DNA from: a virus
Lineage: Duplodnaviria; Caudoviricetes
DNA length: 55,963 bases
Virus record (IMG/VR): IMGVR_UViG_3300022697_000058
Coordinates: 1 to 55,963 of that record
Reading direction: 5' to 3' (one strand)
Positions 44,520 through 54,020 of the stretch are shown here, one piece after another (position 1 is the stretch's first letter; the number at the start of each line of letters is the position of its first letter). The notes under the pieces were generated by a model. That model searched no databases and had not been told where the DNA came from. It worked only from the letters and a program-made list of their open reading frames with translations. A program made the translations under genes and the position numbers.

Positions 44520-45298
44520 TGATCGTCAAGAAATTGCAAAACACCTACCTAATGATTGACCTTGAGATAAATCGTCTGAAGGTGACGCAAATGCTGGTCG
44601 AACAAGCGCTTGCGATAATCAGGCCGGAACAAGAGGATTCCGCCGACGAGCCAACAGACGAGCCAGCCGTGTCCGACAGCGGTAAAGGCGAACACAATGT
44701 CAGCACCGCGCCATTGCCTTATTGGAACAACAAACGGCCACCCGAGCCGGACGTGTTGAAACCATGCCCTGAAATGTTTGACGATGACCCTGATCCTAAG
44801 CCGGAACCCGATGAAGCCGATGAACCTGAATACGTTACCGACCCGTGGTCGGATGAGGAATGTGCGCTGGCGCGCGATATGATCGGCCTCGGATCAACGG
44901 CGCGCGACATTGCGTCGGCGCTGGACCGCCCACTACACGCCACACGCGCCAAAATCACTGCGATTAAAAAACAGGATGCCTCGGCGGCAGAGGATGCGGA
45001 TTGCTCAACAGATGCAACCGCAGAATTCAAGCACACGACACCGGAACCGGAACCAGACGAGCCAGAGGCCGCGCCTGATGGGTGGACGGACGAACTTGAC
45101 TTGGTGCTTGTCGCCGGTCTGACGCGGGGAAAGGGCCTAAAGGCCGTGGCCAAGTCGCTCGATAAGTCGCTCGACGATTGCCGTCAGCGCTTTCGTGATC
45201 TTTTCGACGGTCGGCCGACGCACACGAAGCAACAAAAAATGATCACATCGCTGCGGATGCGGATCGCCGAAGCAAAAAACCTCAAGGATGCAGGATGA
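44519..45298 (+). CDS. GcrA/Myb-like tandem HTH protein
   Basis: WSDEECALARDMIGLGSTARDIASALDRP and WTDELDLVL..VAKSLDKSLDDCRQRF. Confidence 0.6.
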   Translation: MIVKKLQNTYLMIDLEINRLKVTQMLVEQALAIIRPEQEDSADEPTDEPAVSDSGKGEHNVSTAPLPYWNNKRPPEPDVLKPCPEMFDDDPDPKPEPDEADEPEYVTDPWSDEECALARDMIGLGSTARDIASALDRPLHATRAKITAIKKQDASAAEDADCSTDATAEFKHTTPEPEPDEPEAAPDGWTDELDLVLVAGLTRGKGLKAVAKSLDKSLDDCRQRFRDLFDGRPTHTKQQKMITSLRMRIAEAKNLKDAG

Positions 45299-45537
45299 TA
45301 TATTACGAGGAAGTTGATTTCGCCGGACGCTGGCGACCCCGCACCGCAAACACGCGCCCTGATGCGGCAAAGGTCAATGGCGTCCTGCGGATGCGGCTCA
45401 ACGGCGGCTCCGGGCCGAGGGTGCGCGCAATTACGGAAATTATGCCGTGCATGTGCCACCTGACGCTGGACCAGAAGCGCGAAGTTCTGTCTCCCGATGG
45501 ACGATTTTACAATAAGGAGCAAATGGCCCGTGATTGA
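45295..45537 (+). CDS. Hypothetical protein
   Basis: Coupled ORF. Confidence 0.5.
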   Translation: MIYYEEVDFAGRWRPRTANTRPDAAKVNGVLRMRLNGGSGPRVRAITEIMPCMCHLTLDQKREVLSPDGRFYNKEQMARD

Positions 45538-45733
45538 TTACGTCAAATTAGAGGCAATGGTGAAGCGGAAATCAGATTGGGCGGCGCTGATCGAGGTGGA
45601 CGGTGTTTCAGGGTGGGTGCCGTTCACTTTGTTCGGAAAAATGACCGATGCCGCCGTAGAAGCAACCGACACCGGCGATTATGTGACGGTATATGTGCCT
45701 GATTGGAAGGCTGACGAGTTGGGGTGGTCGTGA
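45530..45733 (+). CDS. Small beta-barrel hypothetical protein
   Basis: AALIEVDGVSGWVP..VYVPDWKADELG. Confidence 0.55.
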   Translation: MIDYVKLEAMVKRKSDWAALIEVDGVSGWVPFTLFGKMTDAAVEATDTGDYVTVYVPDWKADELGWS

Positions 45734-46140
45734 CACAAATACTCACGCTCCCCCTGCCGCCCAGCACCAACGCGCTGCATGTCGGCATGGGCAAGAGCCG
45801 CCGGAAAAGCCCGGGAAACAAGGCGTGGTTTACCGAGGCGGGGATCATAATCAATATCGACCGCGCCAAAAAGGTGTTTCAACCTCTCGGCCCCGGCTGG
45901 TATAGGACCAGAATATACTGGCCAGCCGAGGATAAGGCAGATGCAGACAACCGCACAAAATCGCTGCATGACATTTTGCACACAATGGGGGTGACGCCGG
46001 ATGATAAGTGGCTGTGGGGCAGTAGTCAGGAGCGATCATGGGACGTAGGAAAAGGAACGTGCGTGGTCGAGTTTTGGACGGTGACGGATGAAGAAACCGC
46101 ACCTCCATTGGCAACCAGATTATGTCGCCTATACGATTGA
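45730..46140 (+). CDS. rusA: RusA-like Holliday junction resolvase
   Basis: LPLPPSTN; DADNRTKSLHDIL..GVTPDD. Confidence 0.8.
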   Translation: MTQILTLPLPPSTNALHVGMGKSRRKSPGNKAWFTEAGIIINIDRAKKVFQPLGPGWYRTRIYWPAEDKADADNRTKSLHDILHTMGVTPDDKWLWGSSQERSWDVGKGTCVVEFWTVTDEETAPPLATRLCRLYD

Positions 46141-46591
46141 CCATTTTCGGGACTGGCTGTTTCTGGCGGACCGTGGGGATACCTGCCTGTATCACATAGG
46201 CGTCATGGCGATTGACCGCATGACGTTTCCGCATGTCCAGCGCCTCGGAGACTATGCAAACCTTGCCTCGGAGTATCAGACAATCAGATTGAGCCAAAAG
46301 CGGGTGGATGCCGATCTATACCAATATTTCGCGTCCAGAACAGACGCCCCGACCCGCGCAATTCCTCGCGCCGTCGCAACAGGCGAGATAGCCGTGCAAG
46401 CATTTCTCGCAATTCGGGCAATCCAAGACCTGCCATATAAAATGAGCGCGCTCAGAGCAATCCGTGATATAATGCCAACAAGATCGGAGCAGGAGGGCAA
46501 GGATATGCTCAAAAGTCTGATAGAGGCAGGACTGGTAACGGACGCCAAAAAGCCCACAGTCACAGATAAGGGGCAGGGGGTGCTGTCGTGA
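46088..46591 (+). CDS. Hypothetical protein with C-terminal winged helix
   Basis: LKSLIEAGLV..TVTDKG. Confidence 0.5.
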   Translation: MKKPHLHWQPDYVAYTIDHFRDWLFLADRGDTCLYHIGVMAIDRMTFPHVQRLGDYANLASEYQTIRLSQKRVDADLYQYFASRTDAPTRAIPRAVATGEIAVQAFLAIRAIQDLPYKMSALRAIRDIMPTRSEQEGKDMLKSLIEAGLVTDAKKPTVTDKGQGVLS

Positions 46592-47103
46592 CCGACGATA
46601 TTCAGCCAACACCGCCGCAACCAAACGTCAGTATTGAGGTGCTTGAGGCCGCTGACCCGTATTATGAACCGTATTTTTGCGACCAAATAATCAAAATGGC
46701 AGAGGATATGCAATTCCCTGAGCAATGGGCCGACGCGATTGGCGTAAATGAGATGGTCATGCTCGGCTGGATACAGACATTCCCGGCATTCGCAGATGCC
46801 TATTACTCGGCAATGACAAAACTTAGGTCAGCTTTTACCGGCGAACTGGTGTCCGTAGCCCGAGGAAAAAGCCTCGGCGAGGACCGAGGAAAGCCGGACG
46901 CCACAATTTACACGCTGTTGGCAAAAAAGCGGTTTGCCGACCTATATGGGGATGCAATACCCCAGATTATTCATTCTCCTGTCCCCCAAACGCTCAATAC
47001 CGTGCAGGGAGACGTGATTGACGGGCAGGTGATCGACGATATGGCCGCTGAGGATCTGCGAAAGGAAATAAAAGTGTTGCGCGACAGGCATGGATTGGGG
47101 TAA
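46588..47103 (+). CDS. Putative terminase small subunit
   Basis: YEPYFCDQII..ADAIGVNEMVMLGWIQTFPAFADAY HTH pattern typical of TerS. Confidence 0.65.
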   Translation: MTDDIQPTPPQPNVSIEVLEAADPYYEPYFCDQIIKMAEDMQFPEQWADAIGVNEMVMLGWIQTFPAFADAYYSAMTKLRSAFTGELVSVARGKSLGEDRGKPDATIYTLLAKKRFADLYGDAIPQIIHSPVPQTLNTVQGDVIDGQVIDDMAAEDLRKEIKVLRDRHGLG

Positions 47104-47178
47104 TAATAAGCCGTTCCTCCTTCTTGTTGTTGTTGTATGGGATGGGGTGGATACGAGAGTTGGTCCTCTCACTCGGTA

Positions 47179-47221
47179 GAAAGCCTCGGGATCGCCCTTA
47201 AACGGGTTTCTCGGGGCTTTC
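47179..47221 (+). terminator. Long hairpin in terS downstream intergenic region
   Basis: GAAAGCCTCGGGA...TCTCGGGGCTTTC 13-bp stem (two G-U) with inner GCCC/GGGT stem. Confidence 0.55.
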
Positions 47222-47320
47222 GCTTTCGTGGCGCCGCTTCTTTTGCCGCGAATAAAGACCTGTCCATGCTAATTGTTGCCATGCAACTTCGCAAAACGAG
47301 GCGAAAACAAAGGAAATATC

Positions 47321-48229
47321 ATGTTTATGAACCCCGACGCATCAGTGGAAACCGTATCGCTGGCGGTAACGTCAACCAGTGACACGCAAACATTCACCTA
47401 TCCATCCGGGCGCAGCGCCGCCAGCTACGGCGTCAACGGCGATCACAAAATTACAGGGCGCGATTTTTCGGAATTGTCCTCACGGCTCGGCCATATCACA
47501 ATCACTTTTGGCCCGAGCAATATCACGGTGGTCAACAACGGCGACCGAACTTTCAAGTCCGGGACAACGCTCAATCTTATCCTTGATCTTGCCGGTTATG
47601 ACCAAAACGACGATGGTGTGGCGTCAGGCGTTGACGCGGTGGACATTTTCCCCGTGCAAATCTATCTCGGCGCCCCCGTGACCGCAGACCCCAACGGATA
47701 TGTGGCTTCCCAAAACCTGACATCGGCGGGCGTGTTCTCGGTTGACGCCACAGCCGCCGGAGCATTGGCAGCAGCGGCGCTTGCCGGATCGGCAGACATT
47801 CCCCGCAATGTGGTTGCCGCATGGACAGGGACAGCAACGCTGACAATTACAGGCACCGACTCCGAGGGCAATGTGGTTGTTGAGGCGTCGGCCTCTGGCA
47901 CTTCTCTGGCAGGTAAAAAAGCATTCGCAACCGTGACTGACATTTCCTCGTCGGCAAACATTACCGGCCTGACGGTCGGGACCGGCGATGTTCTGGGCAT
48001 CCCGCTGTTTGTGGAGTCCGGTGTGCATGTCGTCGGCGAAATCCAAGACGGGGCGGCGGCAACCGCCGGAACCGTAGTGGGTGGGGCAACAGCGACCGCC
48101 ACGGCGACAACTGGCGATGTTCGCGGCACCTATGACCCCAATGCGGCGGCAAACGGCGCGCGGGTTTTCGAACTTCTCGCAATGGTGAAATCTCGGGCCT
48201 ATCTCGGGGTCGCCCAATTCGCGGGCTAA
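47321..48229 (+). CDS. Putative virion structural (capsid decoration-like) protein
   Basis: Ala/Gly/Thr-rich; DIPRNVV, GKKAFATVT, GTGDVLGIP, ATTGDVRGTY motifs. Confidence 0.55.
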   Translation: MFMNPDASVETVSLAVTSTSDTQTFTYPSGRSAASYGVNGDHKITGRDFSELSSRLGHITITFGPSNITVVNNGDRTFKSGTTLNLILDLAGYDQNDDGVASGVDAVDIFPVQIYLGAPVTADPNGYVASQNLTSAGVFSVDATAAGALAAAALAGSADIPRNVVAAWTGTATLTITGTDSEGNVVVEASASGTSLAGKKAFATVTDISSSANITGLTVGTGDVLGIPLFVESGVHVVGEIQDGAAATAGTVVGGATATATATTGDVRGTYDPNAAANGARVFELLAMVKSRAYLGVAQFAG

Positions 48230-48252
48230 CTTAACCCCTTGGAAAAACAATC

Positions 48253-48288
48253 GGCCCGGCGTATCTTGCGACCGGGCCTTTTCTTTAT
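48253..48288. terminator. Bidirectional intrinsic terminator
   Basis: GGCCCGG-N12-CCGGGCC followed by TTTTTCTTT; between convergent genes. Confidence 0.75.
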
Positions 48289-48320
48289 TTATAGATTGTC
48301 AGTCCAAGCCGCCGCCCAAA

Positions 48321-48569
48321 TTATCGGTTCAGGTATACAGTTCCCGATGCCAACACCGCGCGGCACCCCTGTTTTGTTGCCCGCGCCGTGATCGTGACAA
48401 AATACCCATCGGGGCAAAAGCTATCCCCGATTACGGCCCCCGTTACGTATTTCATGCCAGTGGCGCGCCGAGCGGCACGGATAACCGCTGCGCCGAAATA
48501 CTCGTCGTCTGCCCATTTTTCCTCAGTGGTTTTGTGATCCAACACCAATTCGATTGTTTTGTTTGTCAT
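48321..48569 (-). CDS. Isolated minus-strand small gene (moron-like)
   Basis: Own promoter/RBS cassette upstream and terminator downstream. Confidence 0.7.
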   Translation of the reverse strand: MTNKTIELVLDHKTTEEKWADDEYFGAAVIRAARRATGMKYVTGAVIGDSFCPDGYFVTITARATKQGCRAVLASGTVYLNR

Positions 48570-48628
48570 TTTGGTCCCCTTTGTTGTAATGTATAATACC
48601 TATTATATAATAATTATTGCCGTGTCAA
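48566..48628 (-). promoter_or_regulatory. Sigma70-like promoter plus RBS cassette, copy 2
   Basis: Minus strand TTGACACGGCAATAATTATTATATAATAGGTATTATACATTACAACAAAGGGGACCAAAATG. Confidence 0.75.
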
Positions 48629-48652
48629 CATTTTCCTCGCATAGATCGTGAC

Positions 48653-50161
48653 ATGAGACCATTTACGCCAACAGAGATGAGAGAATTAGAATTGCTGCGC
48701 GGCCTAGATAAACGGCGGGCGCAGGACAATTTTGAAATGTATTACCGCCGTATGACAGGATTTATCCCCCAGCCGCACCATAAAAAACTTTGCCAGCTTA
48801 TCCAAGCGATGGACGACGACAAGATAGACCGCGCAATGGTATCGCTCCCGCCTCGGATGGGGAAATCAACTACATGCTCGATGCTGGCCCCGTCATGGCT
48901 GATCGGCAAATACCCTCGGATCAATCTAATGTCGGGCGTTCATACGCAGAAATTCGCGGAAAAGATCGGCAAGAGCGTCAGGAATTATCTTAAATCGCCC
49001 CAATATCCTTTTTCCACTACCCTCGCATCCGATAGCCAAGCGAAATCGCAGTGGGCGACAACAGCGGGCGGCGAATACAACGGCTTTGGATTGATGGGCG
49101 GCAGTACACACGGCAATCCCGCTGAGTGGCTGATTATGGACGACCTGATCAAGGGCCGCAAAATGGCCCTGTCGGCACATATGCGCGATGAGGCGTGGGA
49201 AACATACAAGGCCGACCTACTCACTCGATTGCAGGGGCGCCGCAAGCAACTGATGATCGGCACCCGCTGGAATGAGGACGACATTGCAGGGCGGATATTG
49301 CCCGAGGATTACAACGGCGAGTCGGGATGGACAAAGGACAGGGAGACCGGCGAGGCGTGGTATGTCCTCAATATCCCCGCAAGGGCTGAGGAAAACGACC
49401 CCATTGGGCGCAAATCCGGCGAGTGGCTATGGCCGGATATGTGGGGCGAAAAAGCGTGGGGGTCGGTCGAGCGTCGGGGTGGATATATCTGGTCGGCACT
49501 CTATCAAGGGCGCCCATCGCCCGAAAACGGGTTGTTTTTCCGCTCCGAGCATATCAAAATGTATGACCCAGCCCAGATCGACCTTGGCAGTCTGACGATT
49601 TACATGACATCTGATTACGCGGTCACGGCAGAGGCGGGCAGCAGTGACCCTGATTACACAGTGCATACCGTGTGGGGCGTGGATTCGGAATTTAACATCT
49701 ATATGCTCGATATGTGGCGCGGCAGAACGCTATCGGATGAATGGATAAACCAATTTTTAAGACTGGCGAAGGCGTGGAAGCCGCTCATGGCGGGCGAGGA
49801 ACAAGGCCAGATAATCAAGGGCGTCGGGCCGTTCCTTGTGCGTCAGATGCGAGATGAAGGCATATTTGTCCACAGGAAGCAATATGGCAGCGCTACCAGC
49901 AAAGAGCAACGCGCGCAGGGCCTTTTGGGCATGGCGTCAATGGGCAAATTTTACCTTCCCCTCGGCCACCCAATGACGGACCGATTTAAGACGGAGCTGT
50001 TATCATTCCCTGCCGGTAAGCATGACGACATGGTGGACACTGCGACCCTGTTTGCGCGGATGCTGGCCGATATTGTGTCCGGCACAAAAAGGAAAGACAA
50101 AAAAATGACGCGAACCGAAAGCCTTTATGAGTTATTCCTTCGAAGCGAAGAGGAAAGATAA
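48653..50161 (+). CDS. terL: Terminase large subunit
   Basis: SLPPRMGKST Walker A, LIMDDLIK Walker B, IGTRW..DDIAGR, SFPAGKHDDMVD nuclease motif. Confidence 0.95.
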   Translation: MRPFTPTEMRELELLRGLDKRRAQDNFEMYYRRMTGFIPQPHHKKLCQLIQAMDDDKIDRAMVSLPPRMGKSTTCSMLAPSWLIGKYPRINLMSGVHTQKFAEKIGKSVRNYLKSPQYPFSTTLASDSQAKSQWATTAGGEYNGFGLMGGSTHGNPAEWLIMDDLIKGRKMALSAHMRDEAWETYKADLLTRLQGRRKQLMIGTRWNEDDIAGRILPEDYNGESGWTKDRETGEAWYVLNIPARAEENDPIGRKSGEWLWPDMWGEKAWGSVERRGGYIWSALYQGRPSPENGLFFRSEHIKMYDPAQIDLGSLTIYMTSDYAVTAEAGSSDPDYTVHTVWGVDSEFNIYMLDMWRGRTLSDEWINQFLRLAKAWKPLMAGEEQGQIIKGVGPFLVRQMRDEGIFVHRKQYGSATSKEQRAQGLLGMASMGKFYLPLGHPMTDRFKTELLSFPAGKHDDMVDTATLFARMLADIVSGTKRKDKKMTRTESLYELFLRSEEER

Positions 50162-50164
50162 CCT

Positions 50165-52363
50165 ATGGCTCACGCTAAAAATCACGGTGAATACTCCCTC
50201 GGGGGCGGTAAACCCGTCGAATACGACGAGCCGACAGACCAAACAGACATCGAGGACTATGCCGATGCCGATAAAGAAGGCCCGTCTGAGCGATGGACAT
50301 ATTGGCAAGAACAAATCAAAGCGTCTCTGACAGCAGAAAGCCGATTCCGCAAAGAGGGCCGTGACGCAGAAAAGTCCTACTTTGGCGAGGAAAACAAGGA
50401 ATACACGTCGCCAGAATATCAAAAGGAAGAAGACCAAACCAATATTATTCACGCCAATATCGAGGTGTTGAAGCCTCTTGTTTTTTCTGAGGTGCCAGAC
50501 CCGATTGTCAGGCGTAGATTCTCGGGTGACGGGGCGAACGAGAAAGACCCGACAGACCGAATTGCCGCGCTGGCCACACAGCGATTGGCGGAGTATCTGA
50601 TTGATACCACGGGGTTTCAGCCCGCAATGGAAATGGCGCGGGATGATTGGCTAATCCCCGGACGCGGCACATCGCGCGTCATGTATTCGGCCAAATTTGA
50701 AAAAAAGCCTGTGCTGGACCCGCAAACAGGCCAGCCTATTATTGACTCTGCCACCGGCCAGCCATTTGAACATGAGGTAAAGGCCAGCGAGACAGTCAAT
50801 GTGCGGCATTGGCCGTGGTCGCGTGTTATGTTCAGCGCCGCAAACACATGGGACGAAACAACATGGGTAGGATTTGAAACCCCCATGACAAAAAAACAGA
50901 TCGCAAAGCGGTTTGACAAAGAAGGCGATCAGCAGAAAATATCAGACAAAATGACCTATCCTATCAACGGCCTCAAAGGGGATCGTGATAGCGGTGACGA
51001 TATGGCGGGCTGGGAGCCTGACAAGGACGCAGACACGTCCAACACAAAGAGCGTGAGCGCGAATGACCAGTGCATCGTCTACGAGATATGGGACAAAGAG
51101 AATAAAACGGTGATCTGGTGGTCGCCACATTTTCGGGATGATATTCTGGATGATACCCCGGACCCTCTTGGGCTGGAAGGTTTTTTCAACTGCACGAAAC
51201 CTCTGCTATCTGTGACTAAAAACGGGATGCTGACGCCGCGCCCAGATATCGCGTTTTACAGGGCGCGGGCCGAAGAAATCGACATTGCCACCAAAAAGCT
51301 CGCAACAATCCTCAAGGCAATTAGCCTGTCTGGGGCATACCCCGGCAAGATGGTCGCCGAGATGGAGCAAATGTTACGGGGCGATAAAAACCGCCTGATC
51401 CCGATTGAGGAGTGGGTTGGATTCCTTGAAAAAGGTGGCGCCGCTGGGATTATCCAATGGCTGCCGCTTGATCAATTTATCAAAGCCGCGCAAGCGCTGA
51501 TTACCATGCGTGAGCAAGCCAAACAGGCGCTTTATGAGGTCAGCGGAATATCAGATATTATTCGCGGCCAGTCAAACCCGAATGAAACGCTCGGGGCACA
51601 AAAGATCAAAGGGAATTATGCAAATATTCGGCTGCGCGACAGGCAAAGCAAGATGCAATCGTTTGCTCGGGATACAATCAGGATCATGGTCGAGGTCGCC
51701 GTAGAGCATTTTGACACCAAAACCATTGCCGAGATTACGAATTTGCAGATCCCGATGACCGATGCCCAATTGCAAGAGATGAATGCGCGCGCTGATGGAG
51801 CAAAGCAACAATGGGCAGCAACAGCACAAGCGGCCCAGCAAGCAGGGCAGCAACCGCCGCCGGAGCCAAGCATTCCGTTCTTTGAACAAACCTCTTGGGA
51901 GCGCGTTCACGCGACATTGCGTGATGATATGACCCGCAAATTCTCGCTGTCTATCGAGACTGACGGGACAATTCTGCAAGATCAAGAGGAGGACAAAAAG
52001 CAGCGGATCGAATTCCTGCAAGCATTTAATAAAATGGCGGCTGACTTGTTCCCGCTGGCGCAGTCGGGCGTTATGAAAATGAGCGTGATCAAAGAATTGC
52101 TGATGTTCGCCGTGCGCGGATTTCCTAAATCGCGCACACTTGAGGGAATGTTGTCGGCTCTGCCCGACACGATTGACACTAAGAAACCAGAGGATGCGTC
52201 CATTGCGGTTGCTAAAATCCGTGCCGAGGTGGATATTAAGATCGCAGAGATCAAGGCCGAAAGCGAAAAGGCCAAGATTGCTGCCAGTAACAGCCACAAC
52301 ATGAGCATGACGGGGGCCAAGATGATCGCCGATGCCATGACAGGGCAACCAAAGTCAAATTAA
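50165..52363 (+). CDS. Portal protein
   Basis: 732 aa after terL; NIIHANIEVLKP..P.VRRRF; YEIWDK; YEVSGISDIIRG..ETLGAQKIK. Confidence 0.88.
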   Translation: MAHAKNHGEYSLGGGKPVEYDEPTDQTDIEDYADADKEGPSERWTYWQEQIKASLTAESRFRKEGRDAEKSYFGEENKEYTSPEYQKEEDQTNIIHANIEVLKPLVFSEVPDPIVRRRFSGDGANEKDPTDRIAALATQRLAEYLIDTTGFQPAMEMARDDWLIPGRGTSRVMYSAKFEKKPVLDPQTGQPIIDSATGQPFEHEVKASETVNVRHWPWSRVMFSAANTWDETTWVGFETPMTKKQIAKRFDKEGDQQKISDKMTYPINGLKGDRDSGDDMAGWEPDKDADTSNTKSVSANDQCIVYEIWDKENKTVIWWSPHFRDDILDDTPDPLGLEGFFNCTKPLLSVTKNGMLTPRPDIAFYRARAEEIDIATKKLATILKAISLSGAYPGKMVAEMEQMLRGDKNRLIPIEEWVGFLEKGGAAGIIQWLPLDQFIKAAQALITMREQAKQALYEVSGISDIIRGQSNPNETLGAQKIKGNYANIRLRDRQSKMQSFARDTIRIMVEVAVEHFDTKTIAEITNLQIPMTDAQLQEMNARADGAKQQWAATAQAAQQAGQQPPPEPSIPFFEQTSWERVHATLRDDMTRKFSLSIETDGTILQDQEEDKKQRIEFLQAFNKMAADLFPLAQSGVMKMSVIKELLMFAVRGFPKSRTLEGMLSALPDTIDTKKPEDASIAVAKIRAEVDIKIAEIKAESEKAKIAASNSHNMSMTGAKMIADAMTGQPKSN

Positions 52364-52376
52364 CCCAAAGAGGAGC

Positions 52377-52970
52377 ATGAAAATGCAATATCGTAAGAAG
52401 CCAGTCGTGATCGAGGCCCTTAAATGGGACGGAGAGAATTTTGACGCTGTGAACAACTTCACAGACGGCGCCGCCAAGAAAAAAGGCAAGGCACTGATTA
52501 TCCCGACTCTTGAAGGCAACCACAAGGCCAGCGTCGGCGATATGATTATCAAGGGCGTAAATGGCGAGTTTTACCCCTGCAAGCCTGATATTTTCGCCAA
52601 AACCTATGATGATGTTAGCAAGCCGATCAAGCCTGATTTCGGGGAGACGTTTGTCGCCGCCAAACCTGTCCAAACCATGAAAACCCTGCACAACAGCACA
52701 ATCTCCGGCGCACGGAAAAACGTCAAAGACATTCAGGTTGTCGGCAACGGTGATATGTTTCAACTTCTCTGCAAGGCGTCGAGCGAGGCCGAGGGCTGGA
52801 TGAAGTCCACCAAGGCAATGACTGTGCCGGGCGGGTGCATCGTGCAGATCACGACACAACAGCGCAATCCTGACGGCTCCTATGCCGTGGCCGAGGCGCT
52901 GACGTATGCTCCGGGCGCGTTCATCGGCGATGATGTAAACGGCGGGCGCAAACTGACGGGGCGCAAGTGA
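52377..52970 (+). CDS. PGDYG-like domain fused to a second unknown domain
   Basis: YRKKPVVIEA..IPTLEG..GDMIIKGVNGEFYPCKPDIFAKTY, then KASSEAEGWMKSTKAM..VQITTQQ. Confidence 0.65.
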   Translation: MKMQYRKKPVVIEALKWDGENFDAVNNFTDGAAKKKGKALIIPTLEGNHKASVGDMIIKGVNGEFYPCKPDIFAKTYDDVSKPIKPDFGETFVAAKPVQTMKTLHNSTISGARKNVKDIQVVGNGDMFQLLCKASSEAEGWMKSTKAMTVPGGCIVQITTQQRNPDGSYAVAEALTYAPGAFIGDDVNGGRKLTGRK

Positions 52971-53287
52971 TGAGTAAATTCATCAGCCGCCCGCAGAAAG
53001 CCGAGGCGCGCCAATTCATTGGGGAGGCGTCATATCCGGCGATTGCAGATTGGGTAAGCCAGTCTGGCAAAACATGCTTTGCCAAGTTCATCTTTAAGAA
53101 GAACAACCGTTTCGTTCTGAAAACCACACTCATGTCGGCAGACATTGAGATTGGCGATTGGATCATCATTAACGAAAATGGTGTTGTTTTTATGGCAAGC
53201 GACTCCGCGTTCAAAGAGCGGTATTCCCCTGCCGATGAAACCCTTGATCCTGCCGGTGGCAGTCACGAAAACCCGCTGGGGGACTGA
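52967..53287 (+). CDS. Diverged PGDYG-like paralogue
   Basis: KFISRPQKAEARQF..IGDWIIINENG..FKERY. Confidence 0.55.
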   Translation: MMSKFISRPQKAEARQFIGEASYPAIADWVSQSGKTCFAKFIFKKNNRFVLKTTLMSADIEIGDWIIINENGVVFMASDSAFKERYSPADETLDPAGGSHENPLGD

Positions 53288-53778
53288 TGAGCCTAACCTC
53301 TGGAATAAGCGCAGAACGTCACGCGGCCATATTCGGACCGCGTGACGATATTTGGGAAGATAAGGGTGGGGCAAAGCGTCATTGCAAGATATGTGGTGGC
53401 TGGCATAGCCTAAGCCGACCTTGGCCCGATAACTGCCGCGCCGCAAATTGGCGCCCGCCGCAACGCCTATCTGCCCCGAGGATTATCAGCGACATTGAGC
53501 CTCACAAAGAGGGCGATCACATCATTGGCAGTCGTGTCGAGCAGCGGGAATTTATGAAGCGCAATAATCTGGTGGAGTTTGAAACCTTTGACGAGACAGC
53601 CGGCACACATAAACAGGACTTCAATTCTCGGGAATATGAGCGCGATCTGGTCAACGACATAAAGCGCGCAATGGAGGAAGACCCGTTAAATAGGCCCCCG
53701 CCTGTGATGATTGAAGAGGCGAACCACAAGGTCAAAGATGAAGAAAAGATTGCAACAGATTTTGAGGTCATTGAATGA
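53287..53778 (+). CDS. Hypothetical head-module protein
   Basis: CKICGGWH; APRIISDIEP..IGSRVEQREFMKRNNLVE. Confidence 0.6.
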   Translation: MSLTSGISAERHAAIFGPRDDIWEDKGGAKRHCKICGGWHSLSRPWPDNCRAANWRPPQRLSAPRIISDIEPHKEGDHIIGSRVEQREFMKRNNLVEFETFDETAGTHKQDFNSREYERDLVNDIKRAMEEDPLNRPPPVMIEEANHKVKDEEKIATDFEVIE

Positions 53779-53999
53779 GTATCCTACCCCCGCGTGAATA
53801 TGAAAGCGAATCCGCATCCCGCTTGGCGTCTACAATAGACGATTTGGGCGGTAAGATGCTGGCCGCAGTAGATGCAGCATGTCGCCTACGCACAGCGCCG
53901 GGCGACGCAAAGCGACAGCGCGCCCTGATGCGAACCAGCCTTGAACAGGCGGCAAATGCCGGAATGAATGCCTTGTCGTATTCCAAGGCCGACAATTAA
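53775..53999 (+). CDS. Hypothetical protein
   Basis: Coupled 74-aa helical ORF. Confidence 0.5.
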   Translation: MSILPPREYESESASRLASTIDDLGGKMLAAVDAACRLRTAPGDAKRQRALMRTSLEQAANAGMNALSYSKADN

Positions 54000-54020
54000 C
54001 CCAAAGAAGGAGCCATAATC

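Noticed and set aside
47104-47230. tRNA gene
   Set aside because: No cloverleaf, T-loop GTTCRA or CCA arrangement found.
51572-52859. Minus-strand ORFs of 258 and 202 aa
   Set aside because: Antisense to portal and the PGDYG-like gene; no recognisable features.
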